Below, piece after piece: positions 1-8,900 of a stretch of 46,468 nucleotides of DNA. The stretch's first letter is position 1. Each line of letters starts with the position of its first letter. Both the position numbers and the translations under genes were made by a program. Origin of the DNA: an uncultured Eubacteriales bacterium (GTDB lineage Bacteria > Bacillota > Clostridia > Oscillospirales > Oscillospiraceae); assembly GCA_900544945.1 (NCBI GenBank), contig UQXG01000001.1:1-46468 (forward strand), read 5' to 3'. A model generated the notes under the pieces. It saw only the letters and a program-made list of their open reading frames with translations. It searched no databases and had not been told where the DNA came from.

Positions 1-29
1 TTGGCAATGGCAATGATTTGCGTGTTCAT
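1..29 (-). CDS. 5' end of a ParA/Soj-family ATPase (runs off the window)
   Basis: Minus strand reads GAGGTG SD then ATG AAC ACG CAA ATC ATT GCC ATT GCC AA = MNTQIIAIA(N), the usual lead-in to the NQKGGVGKT deviant Walker A motif. Only 9 codons are visible. Confidence 0.6.
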
Positions 30-295
30 TGACTTCACCTCATTTCTAATTGTTGCTATTGCTTCTGGAAATAGAAAAAGCCGCCACTTCAAAATCATAA
101 AGTGACGGCCCTTTCTAACGCCGGAATCTTTTTCCCTGAAATGAAAAAAGCACCCAGTTATTTGTTACTGAGTGCCTGCATTAGAATCGTATTTAATTGT
201 TCAGATTTGGTCAGATTATGCCAAACCCTCCAGCGAAAAATCCGGTGTCTGAGAGTGCCAAATCACCCTCAAAAATACCCCCGAAATTGCTCTCT

Positions 296-370
296 GGTTG
301 TCCTATTTTTTAACCACTAAGGCCGTTTTTTGACCCCATTTTTGGCGGTTGTCCTATATTTAACCACTAA
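296..370. repeat. Imperfect direct repeat pair
   Basis: GGTTGTCCTATTTTTTAACCACTAA (296-320) and GGTTGTCCTATATTTAACCACTAA (347-370). Confidence 0.85.
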
Positions 371-438
371 AAATTGGGTGAAAACGGCTCTCGTTTTGCC
401 AAATTTGGTCAAACTATATCAGCCCGTTTAGGTATAAG

Positions 439-473
439 AAAACCCCGGAAAACCTTGATTTTCCGGGGTTTTT
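439..473. terminator. Intrinsic terminator downstream of rpsI (bidirectional shape)
   Basis: AAAACCCCGGAAAA-ccttga-TTTTCCGGGGTTTT. Confidence 0.8.
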
Positions 474-503
474 GAACCATTTTGATATAGTCTGAGCAGT
501 CGA

Positions 504-908
504 TTATCGCTTGCTGAACTGCGGAGCGCGACGAGCTGCTTTGAGACCGTACTTCTTTCTTTCCTTCATTCTGGGGTCACGGGTCATGAAGCCGGCGGCC
601 TTCAGAGAAGCCCGGTACTCGGGGTTCAGGGTGACCAGGGCACGGGAGATGCCGTGACGGATGGCGCCGGCCTGACCGGAAACGCCGCCGCCGGCAACGG
701 TGACAACCACGTCAACCTTGCCCAGCAGATCGGTGGTGACCAGAGGCTGACGGACGACCAGCTTCAGGGTCTCCAGACCAAAATAGTCGTCGATATCACG
801 ACCGTTGACAATGACGGAACCGGTGCCGTTCTCGTAGACGCGAACGCGGGCAACGCTGGACTTACGACGGCCGGTGCCGTAAAAATACTTCTTCTTGCTC
901 TCGTACAT
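504..908 (-). CDS. rpsI: 30S ribosomal protein S9
   Basis: [32 protein letters not shown] and [19 protein letters not shown] motifs. Confidence 0.99.
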   Translation of the reverse strand: MYESKKKYFYGTGRRKSSVARVRVYENGTGSVIVNGRDIDDYFGLETLKLVVRQPLVTTDLLGKVDVVVTVAGGGVSGQAGAIRHGISRALVTLNPEYRASLKAAGFMTRDPRMKERKKYGLKAARRAPQFSKR

Positions 909-925
909 TCTAAGTTACCTCCAAA

Positions 926-1357
926 TTAGTCCAGGTTCCAAACTTCGGGCTTCTGGGCGGCGTGGGGATGCTCGGCACCCTTGTACAGGTGCAGGCGGGT
1001 CAGCGCGCTCTTGCCCAGGGTGTTCTTGGGCAGCATACCCTTGACGGCCAGCTCCATGGCGTAGTCGCTGCGCTGCTCCATCATGTCACGGGCCTTGGTC
1101 TCCTTCAGACCGCCGATCCAGCCGGACACACGATAGTACTTCTTCTGCTCCAGCTTCTTGCCGGTGAGAACAGCCTTGTCGGTGTTGATGATGATGACGT
1201 TGTCGCCGCAGTCAACATTGGGGGTGAAGTCAGACTTGTGCTTACCGCGCAGCAGGTTCGCGGCGGTGACGGCAGTACGACCCAGAGGCTTGCCGGCAGC
1301 GTCGATCACATACCACTTGCGGTCCAGGGTCTCCTTCTTCAGCAGAGTAGTGGACAT
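926..1357 (-). CDS. rplM: 50S ribosomal protein L13
   Basis: RKWYVIDA, LRGKHK, TPNVDCGD, GMLPKN, HPHAAQKP. Start moved to ATG 1357 after a GGAGG SD. Confidence 0.98.
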   Translation of the reverse strand: MSTTLLKKETLDRKWYVIDAAGKPLGRTAVTAANLLRGKHKSDFTPNVDCGDNVIIINTDKAVLTGKKLEQKKYYRVSGWIGGLKETKARDMMEQRSDYAMELAVKGMLPKNTLGKSALTRLHLYKGAEHPHAAQKPEVWNLD

Positions 1358-1386
1358 TATGATTTCCTCCAATTGGATAAATTATT

Positions 1387-1415
1387 TTGACATTTTCAGG
1401 TGTCTGGTGTACAAT
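1387..1415 (+). promoter_or_regulatory. sigmaA-type promoter for ttcA operon
   Basis: TTGACA-17 nt-TACAAT. Confidence 0.7.
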
Positions 1416-1435
1416 GACCCCCAGAACACCAGGAT

Positions 1436-1464
1436 TTTATATCACATTGGAATTCAAATGTCAA
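1436..1464 (-). promoter_or_regulatory. sigmaA-type promoter for rplM-rpsI
   Basis: TTGACA-17 nt-(TGn)TATAAA on the minus strand. The leader contains a CTGGTGT/ACACCAG stem, a possible L13 autoregulatory leader. Confidence 0.65.
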
Positions 1465-1582
1465 CCGCATTTTTGGGAATTTTTGCGCAGTCCGAAGAAA
1501 TCTCTCGTTTTCTTCCAAATGCTCACGAATCCTTCCAAATGCTCACTTGCTATTTTTCGGGATTTTAGGAGAGAATATCAGA

Positions 1583-2323
1583 ATGCAGAAACTGATGGGT
1601 CTGGTTCGCCGGTGCGTGGACGACTATAATATGATTGAAGCCGGGGACAAAATCGCGGTCGGCGTGTCCGGGGGAAAGGATTCCCTGGTGCTGCTGACCC
1701 TGCTTGCCGGACTACGGGAGTACCATAGCCAGCCCTTCCAATTGGAGGGAATCACCATTGACATGGGACTGGGGATGGACTACTCCGGGGTGCAAAAAAT
1801 GTGCGATGAGCTGGAAGTGCCCTATACCGTGGTCAAAACGGAAATCGCCCCCATTATTTTCGACCACAGGAAGGAAAAGAATCCCTGCTCCCTGTGCTCG
1901 AAAATGCGCCGGGGGGCATTGAATCAGACCCTTCTGGAGCAGGGGTTCAACAAGCTGGCTCTGGGGCATCACTATGACGATGCTGTGGAGACCTTCGTCA
2001 TGTCATTGCTGTTCGAAGGACGGATCAGCTGCTTCCAGCCGGTGACGCGGCTCGACAGAACGGGTATTACCCAGATTCGTCCCATGCTCTACATCCACGA
2101 GAAAACCGTGGACAACTTTGCCGCCCGGCAGGGTCTTCCGGTGCTGACAAACCGGTGCCCGGTGGATAAGGTGACCAAGCGGGAAGAGGTCAAGCAGCTG
2201 ATTTTCACCCTGAATCAGACCTATCCCGACCTGAAGGAGCGTATCTTCGGAGCCATGCAGCGCTATCCGCTGCCCGAGTGGGAGCCTCATGGCCGGTATA
2301 AGAGACCGAAAGAACAGGAATAA
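1583..2323 (+). CDS. ttcA: tRNA 2-thiocytidine biosynthesis TtcA-family PP-loop ATPase
   Basis: SGGKDS PP-loop, PCSLCSKMRRG, LGHHYDD, IRPM, CP motif. ATG 1583 follows AGGAG. Confidence 0.88.
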   Translation: MQKLMGLVRRCVDDYNMIEAGDKIAVGVSGGKDSLVLLTLLAGLREYHSQPFQLEGITIDMGLGMDYSGVQKMCDELEVPYTVVKTEIAPIIFDHRKEKNPCSLCSKMRRGALNQTLLEQGFNKLALGHHYDDAVETFVMSLLFEGRISCFQPVTRLDRTGITQIRPMLYIHEKTVDNFAARQGLPVLTNRCPVDKVTKREEVKQLIFTLNQTYPDLKERIFGAMQRYPLPEWEPHGRYKRPKEQE

Positions 2324-2346
2324 TTTTCTTTTCCTGGGGCATACTT
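2318..2346 (+). promoter_or_regulatory. Candidate sporulation-sigma (sigmaF/G/E-type) promoter
   Basis: GAATAA-16 nt-CATACTT (preceded by GGG) just upstream of the AAGGAGG SD of orf 2366. Confidence 0.4.
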
Positions 2347-2365
2347 CCTCCGTAAGGAGGCGGTA

Positions 2366-2629
2366 ATGATGGTAAAAGGCATTTCCCGGCAGGTGATTGT
2401 GGTGCATCCGCCGGAGCAGAAGCTCTTCGAGCAGGCCATCTTCATTCTGAAGGACGGAGCCGTGGGTCAGGGAATCACCGATGAGGCGCTATTAAAGGAA
2501 GCCCAGTGCGCCATCCGCAGTCCGGATAAATCGGCACGAAAGCATCGCCTGTACCTTTCCGGGGCGGTGTGGGCTCTGGGCGGAGCGGCGGTTACGGGGC
2601 TTGTGTGGCTGGCCACGGTGCTTCTGTAA
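2366..2629 (+). CDS. Small hypothetical protein with C-terminal TM helix
   Basis: AAGGAGG SD, MVKGISRQVIVV...FEQAIFILK N-terminus and a hydrophobic C-terminus. Confidence 0.8.
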   Translation: MMVKGISRQVIVVHPPEQKLFEQAIFILKDGAVGQGITDEALLKEAQCAIRSPDKSARKHRLYLSGAVWALGGAAVTGLVWLATVLL

Positions 2630-2690
2630 AAGAGGAATCAGAAGCGCGGCATCGGAAAACGCCGGTGCCGCGCTGGAAAGAGAGAAACGA

Positions 2691-3656
2691 ATGAAAATCG
2701 GAAACATACAAGTGGATAACCCGCTGTTTCTGGCTCCCATGGCCGGGGTCACGGACTGGGCTTTCCGGACAATCTGCGCCCGGCTGGGAGCCGGGGTGAC
2801 GGTGACGGAGATGGTTTCCTCCCGGGCACTATGCTATAAGGACGCGAAAAGCGCAAAGCTCCTCCGGAAAAACGAGGGAAGCGTCTGCGGAGCCCAGATC
2901 TTCGGCAACGACCCGGAGATTATGGCAAAGGGCGCAGTGCTGGCTCTGGAAATTTCCGGCTGCGATTTTATCGATATCAACATGGGCTGCCCCATGCCGA
3001 AAATCGCCGGCTCCGGAGACGGCTGCGGCCTGATGCGCACCCCGGAGCTGGCAGCGGACATCGTTCGCTCAGTTGTCCGGGCGGTGAATGTGCCGGTGAC
3101 GGTAAAATGCCGCTTAGGCTGGGACAAGGGCAGCATCAACGTGCTGGATTTTACCAAACGCATGGAGGACGCGGGAGCGGCCATGGTGGCCGTCCACGGC
3201 AGAACCCGGAGTATGCTCTATTCCGGCACCGCGGACTGGGACATGATTCATAAGGTCAAGGAGCAGCTGTCCATTCCGGTGATTGCCAACGGGGACATTA
3301 CCGATGGCCAGGCGGCGGTGCGGTGCTTGAAGCGCACGGGAGCCGACGGCCTGATGATCGGAAGAAGCACCTTCGGCGACCCCTGGATTTTTGAGGAGGT
3401 TCAGGCGGCCCTTCGTGGGGAGGCATATCCGGGAAGACCGAGTCTTGCGGACCGGGTGGCCGTGGCGCTGGAACAGTTCCGACTGTCGGAGCAGGATCAC
3501 GGGGAGCACATCGCCTGCCTGGAGGCTCGGAAGCACTTCGCCTGGTATCTGCGGGGGGTTCCCCACAGCAGCTACTATAAAAATCAGATCACATCCCTGA
3601 CCACCATGGAGGATATCTATCGGGTGGCCAAGGACGTGGTTCGGGATTTGTCATAA
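2691..3656 (+). CDS. dusB: tRNA dihydrouridine synthase B
   Basis: LAPMAGVTD, QIFG, IDINMGCP, VHGRT, ANGDI, MIGR and RKH motifs. Confidence 0.95.
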   Translation: MKIGNIQVDNPLFLAPMAGVTDWAFRTICARLGAGVTVTEMVSSRALCYKDAKSAKLLRKNEGSVCGAQIFGNDPEIMAKGAVLALEISGCDFIDINMGCPMPKIAGSGDGCGLMRTPELAADIVRSVVRAVNVPVTVKCRLGWDKGSINVLDFTKRMEDAGAAMVAVHGRTRSMLYSGTADWDMIHKVKEQLSIPVIANGDITDGQAAVRCLKRTGADGLMIGRSTFGDPWIFEEVQAALRGEAYPGRPSLADRVAVALEQFRLSEQDHGEHIACLEARKHFAWYLRGVPHSSYYKNQITSLTTMEDIYRVAKDVVRDLS

Positions 3657-3707
3657 TCATGTATAATATAGAAGGCCGCTTCATATCCTAAGCCGAGAGG
3701 TGAGGAT

Positions 3708-4655
3708 ATGAGGCGGTTTTTTACGGCGATTTTGCTGATTTTTGCCATGGCGGTTCCGGCGGCGGGGGAGACCGTCCGCTGGGTGGATTTTGACGTGCCC
3801 TATGAATCCCTGGAATACGCCCTGAGCCAGGACATTCTGACGGCGCAGCAGGAAAAGCACATTTCCTGGATCGACAGCCTGGCTCTGGCGGGATGCCGCA
3901 CCGGGGGAAAATGCGGCCTGTCTTCGGTGAAAAAGGCGGTTTCCGATCTGAAGGGGGACAAGTCCCCGGAAGAGCTGCTGGGAGGCAATGATCGTTACTA
4001 TGACTATTACCACCGGGCCTACGAAGGGGTTCTGGGCGGTCTGGTGGGCAGCTATGCCATCGAAAAGGACGGAAAGTGGGTTCCCACCTACGGCCTGAAA
4101 GCCTTTTCGCCCATTGCCGCAGGCTATGGCTACAGTCACTATAACGATTTCGGAGCGGCTCGTTCCTTCGGCTTTCGCCGGAAGCACCTGGGAAATGACC
4201 TGATGGGCACGCTGGGAACGCCGGTGGTGGCGGTGGAGGGCGGCCTGGTGGAGGCCATGGGCTGGAACCGGTACGGGGGCTGGCGAATTGGCATCCGCTC
4301 CTTTGACAGCCGCCGCTACTATTACTATGCCCATCTGAAAAAGGACACGCCCTTTGCCCCGAACCTGCGGGAGGGGGACATTGTCCAGGCGGGAGACTTG
4401 CTGGGCTTTATGGGCAGAACCGGCTACTCCGACCGGGAAAACGTGAATAATATCGAGACGGTGCACCTGCATTTTGGCATGGAGCTGGTCTTCGAGGAAA
4501 GCCGGAAGGAGTGCGATTCGGAAATTTGGGTAAACGTCTATCCTCTGGTGCGGCTACTGTCCGCCCACCGAAGCAGTCTGAGACGAACCGGGGAGGGCTG
4601 GCAGAGAGAATATCCCTACCGGGATTTGGACATTGCGGACTATCCGGGAGGATAA
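3708..4655 (+). CDS. Secreted M23 metallopeptidase, LytH/YunA-like
   Basis: Signal peptide, HLGND (HxxxD), GWNRYGGWRIGIR, YYYAHL and HLHF. Confidence 0.88.
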   Translation: MRRFFTAILLIFAMAVPAAGETVRWVDFDVPYESLEYALSQDILTAQQEKHISWIDSLALAGCRTGGKCGLSSVKKAVSDLKGDKSPEELLGGNDRYYDYYHRAYEGVLGGLVGSYAIEKDGKWVPTYGLKAFSPIAAGYGYSHYNDFGAARSFGFRRKHLGNDLMGTLGTPVVAVEGGLVEAMGWNRYGGWRIGIRSFDSRRYYYYAHLKKDTPFAPNLREGDIVQAGDLLGFMGRTGYSDRENVNNIETVHLHFGMELVFEESRKECDSEIWVNVYPLVRLLSAHRSSLRRTGEGWQREYPYRDLDIADYPGG

Positions 4656-4784
4656 AGAAGTAGGAAATTACGAAACTTTTCGTAAGTTTCACCCTGAAAA
4701 CAGTCGATTCGGAGAAATCAAGAGGCATATTAAACGATTACGGAAGGTCAAATTTGTGAAAATTGCAGAAAATCCGAAAAGCTA

Positions 4785-4812
4785 TTGAATTGACCGAAAA
4801 ACATGCTATAAT
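4785..4812 (+). promoter_or_regulatory. sigmaA-type promoter of pilus locus
   Basis: TTGAAT-16 nt-TATAAT with extended TG. Confidence 0.6.
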
Positions 4813-4928
4813 GAAACAAAATAAAAATGGCATACGATACAATCAGGGCGGCGCGGGGCAGGCTTCCGCGGAGACAGCCTCCGTAGAGGCGCTTTCACCG
4901 CCGCCGGAGACAGAAGAGGTTAGATACC

Positions 4929-5342
4929 ATGACGGAAAAGGAACTCAGACGGCTTTCCCGGGCGGATTTGCTGGAAATGCTGGTTGACCAGAGCGTGGAG
5001 CTGGAGACGGTCAAGAAAAAGCTGGCGGCGGCAGAGGAAGCTCTGGCCAGCCGGGTAATTGAAATCAATTCCGCCGGTTCCATCGCCGAGGCGGCTCTGC
5101 GGCTGAACGGGGTTTTTGAGGCCGCCCAGGCGGCCTGTGACCAGTATGTGCAGAACATCAATCTGCTGAATGAGCGCAGTGAGATGGTTTGCCGCCGGAT
5201 GGAGCAGGAAAGCCGGGAAAAGGCGGACAGACTCCTGGAGGAGACCCGCCGGAAATGCCAGGCCATGGAGACAGGGGAGCCGGAGGCGGATTTGCCTCCG
5301 GAGAGCGTCCAGCCCCAAGAGGATTTTACATTTCGTAAGTGA
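4929..5342 (+). CDS. Cytoplasmic coiled-coil hypothetical protein (loosely DivIVA-like)
   Basis: MTEKELRRLSRADLLEML, AGSIAEAALRLNGVFEAAQAA and heptad-rich E/R/K helices. GAGG SD. Confidence 0.8.
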   Translation: MTEKELRRLSRADLLEMLVDQSVELETVKKKLAAAEEALASRVIEINSAGSIAEAALRLNGVFEAAQAACDQYVQNINLLNERSEMVCRRMEQESREKADRLLEETRRKCQAMETGEPEADLPPESVQPQEDFTFRK

Positions 5343-5356
5343 GGAACCTGGTTTTT

Positions 5357-5941
5357 ATGAAGGGCAAGGTACATAAGGAAGTCCCGGAGGTCTCCATGCT
5401 CCGCAGGGAGCTGAAGCGGGAGCAATACAAGTTCCGTTACGCCGCGGTGCTGAAGAGCACGGTGTACACCCTGGTGGTGGTGGCGGCCTTCGCGGTGCTG
5501 GTGGCGACTCTGTGGATGCCGGTGCTGCAAATCTACGGCAACTCCATGACCCCTACCTTGAAGGAGGGGCAGATTGTGGTGTCCGTCAAGGGTTCCCACT
5601 TTGAAAAGGGCGATTTGGTGGCCTTTTACCTGGGCAATAAGCTGCTGGTCAAACGGGTTCTTGCCGGCCCCGGCCAGACCGTGAATATTCTGGAAGACGG
5701 AACCGTGTATGTGGACGGGCAGGAGCAGATCGAGCCCTATGTCTCCGAGAAGGCATTGGGCGAGTGCGATCTGAAAATGCCCTACCAGGTGCCCGAATCC
5801 CGGTTCTTCCTCATCGGCGACCACAGAAGCACCTCGGTGGACAGCCGCAGCAGCGCGGTCGGCTGCGTGGCGGAGGAGCAGGTGGTGGGAAAAATCGTAT
5901 TTTGTGTTTGGCCCTTTTCTGATTTCGGAAAAGTCAATTGA
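5357..5941 (+). CDS. lepB: Signal peptidase I (pilus-locus associated)
   Basis: One TM helix, GNSMTPTL (catalytic Ser), LVKRV (catalytic Lys) and GDHR..SVDSR box E. Confidence 0.92.
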   Translation: MKGKVHKEVPEVSMLRRELKREQYKFRYAAVLKSTVYTLVVVAAFAVLVATLWMPVLQIYGNSMTPTLKEGQIVVSVKGSHFEKGDLVAFYLGNKLLVKRVLAGPGQTVNILEDGTVYVDGQEQIEPYVSEKALGECDLKMPYQVPESRFFLIGDHRSTSVDSRSSAVGCVAEEQVVGKIVFCVWPFSDFGKVN

Positions 5942-5962
5942 TGACTGCGGGAGAGAAGACCT

Positions 5963-8900
5963 ATGGATATCAATTTGGACAGACGTGCCGAGGGCTACAG
6001 AGCCCGGCACCGAAGAAATCGAATATGGAAAAAGCTGGTAACGGCGCTGGGCTGCCTGGTGGTTTTCTGCACCACCTACGCCCTGATTCTGCCTGCCATT
6101 ACCATGGAGCGGGAGACTGTCTGCGGCCTTTCGGAGCATGTGCACACAGACAGCTGCTATAGTCGGCAGCGGGGAGCTTTGGTCTGCGCCCTTGCCGAAT
6201 CCGAGGGGCATACCCACACCGATGCCTGCAAGGGCACGAAGCGGGTGCTCTCCTGCACGACCCCGGAATCCGACGGCCACACTCACGGGGAGGGCTGCTA
6301 TGACGCGGAGGGAGTTCTGACCTGCACCCTGCCGGAAACTCAGGGACATCACCATTCGGACAGCTGCTACCGCACGGAAGAAGTCTTCGTCTGCGGCAAG
6401 GCCGAGAGCGTCCCCCATCACCACACCGATGAATGCTATGCCTGGGAAACCCTAGCGACCTGCGGAATCCAGGAGCACACCCACACCGACAGCTGCTACC
6501 CTGCAAAGCCTGCGGAAACCACATCGGCAGGGGAAACGGGTGCGACTACGGAACCGGTCCTGTCTGAGCAGGTCATAACGCCGGAGGAAACCCTACAGGT
6601 CACGGCGACCGAGGAAACGCTTCCGGTACAGGAAGAGGCACTGGCTCTTTTTGCGGAGGGCACGGAGCCTTTGCCCAATGTGGAGATTACGGCGACTTCT
6701 ACCCCAAAGGCCAGCTATGATCCGTCTGTGAACAAATTCAAGACGACGATCCACGTCGATTTCCGGATACCCGGTTCCGCGTTCAATAACACCACCACCT
6801 ACACCTATGATTACCCGGAGGGAATCGAGATTCCGACGGACTTGCTGGGTACGGTTCGTGACCTGAATGATAACAGAGGTACTTACCGATTTGATAAGGT
6901 TGGCGACGTTTATCGGCTGTCGGTGATTCTGTCGAATGTCAACCCAACCCAGAACGACGTGACGGGCTTCGTGGATTTTAGCGGCACGTTGGATGCCACC
7001 AAGGTTGATGGGGAGGGAAGGATTGTATTAGGCAGCGGGGACAACCTGCTGATCATTGACTCGGATAAGATTGATTACCCCAAAGGCGAAACGGAGAAAT
7101 ACGATATTTCCGCCAGCAAACGGACGGACGGCAATATCGATAACGGCAAGCTGACCTATCAGGTGACCATCAGCACCAAGAAGGGAACCCCCAGTACCAT
7201 TCAATTCACGGATACCATTAAAGCCGACGGCATGACCCTGGGAAAGCCTGTGGTGAAGGTGGACGGACAGGAGCACCCAGCCAACTGGACTTGGGATGAC
7301 GGCACCAAAACCGGCACCATCACCATGGACAACCTGCCCGGGCTGAATAAGGGGCAGACCCATACAATTGAATATACCTATGACGTGACCAATTATCCCG
7401 CCGCGGAGATGAAGCCGGAGAACACTCTCTCTGTCAAAGCCAGGGATGAGGGACGGAAGCAGGAGGTTACAGACGAGAAGAATGTTTCCACGAAAATCGA
7501 CAAGCGCCACACCGCCGCCAAGGTCGGCAAGCTGGAGGGCAGCCGAATCAAGTGGACAATCACGCTGAACAACAACCGTTCGGACATTACCGGAGCCATC
7601 CTGACGGATGATATGCTTTCCGCCGGGAAGGACATCACCGTCAGCCCTGACAGCGGCTATACCCTGGAAAACGGGAAAATCACCTTCAATGAGGTGGACG
7701 GGAAAAAGAACAATCAGCGCTATACCATTACCTATTATACGGATGCCCCTGAGGACGAGAACGTGAAGGAGGTCATCAACAAGGCGTCCTTCGACCCGGA
7801 TCCGGATACTCCCGGCGATGAAATCGAGAGGGAAGCAAAGGTGGGCGTAGGCATCGACGCGGCCAAGTCCGGCACCTATAATGCCAGCCAGGGAACCATC
7901 ACCTGGGTAATTACCGTCAACGCCAAAAATCGGAATATTGCCGAGGCAGTGCTGACGGACGATATGCTTGCCAAAGCCCAGGAGAATTCCATTCAGGTCA
8001 GCCCCGCCAGCGGCTATGTGCTGAACAAGGACGCGGACGGTAAGGTTTCCATCACGTTCCAGCCGGTAGATGGCGAAGTGAACACCAACACCTATACCGT
8101 TACCTACACCACCGCCGCCAGCCCGGCGCTGGCAGCCAGAACCGTTTCCAATACCGCCCACCTGAAAAAGGGCGACCATGAGGAAGAGGTAACTGCCCAG
8201 GTCACGATTGACAGCGGCGGCAGTGTGGAGAAATCCAGTGGCACGTTGACCCTTTCCGAGGACAAAACCACCGGTGTGCTTCCCTGGACGGTGACCATTC
8301 ACGTCCCCGCCGGCGGCATCCCGGCGAACACCCAACTGGTGGATAGGATGGACGAAGACTCCGGCGTGTACATGACCAATCTCCAGGTCAAGGCTGCGGT
8401 GGAAGCATTCTGTAAGGCTCTGGACATTCAGACCCAGGATGTAAAGGTGGACATACAAGATCATGCCTACTGGAAGGAAGGCGAATATGATTACAGCAAG
8501 ATTGACAGCTACACGGATGCCAAGTTCCGCAAGCTGACCCTGACGCTGCTCAAGGATTGGCTTCCGGCGAGCGGGCAGGCTCAGGATATTTCTGTCACTT
8601 ACGACACAACCCTGAGAATCGACCCTGCCAAGACGACCCAGGTCTATTCCAATTATTTCAAGGCGGGAGAGAAGGAAGGAAGTGCTCAGTTTGAGTACTG
8701 GCGATCCGGTGTCGAAAAAACCGACGACGACGGAAAAACCGGAACCAGCACCGTCACCAGCCAGGGCGATCTGATATGGAAGGTCATTGTCACCCTGGAC
8801 GACACCGTGCGTCAGTCCCTGGACATTACGGACGCTCTGCCCTCGGGTGTGACGCTGAAGGCGCTGGTGCTGATTCGGCCTACCGATCAGGGGAATAACA

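Larger units (their letters stand above)
1..503. mobile_element. Probable terminal region of an integrative element inserted at the 3' end of rpsI
   Basis: Visibly AT-rich compared with the rest of the window. Contains a parA-like start and a direct-repeat pair, and lies directly past the rpsI stop. No integrase is visible in the window. Confidence 0.5.

Noticed and set aside
102..320. 72-aa ORF in the AT-rich end region
   Set aside because: No SD or motif. It overlaps hairpins and repeats that look non-coding.
296..370. Mini CRISPR array
   Set aside because: Only two short, unequal, non-palindromic repeats and no cas genes.
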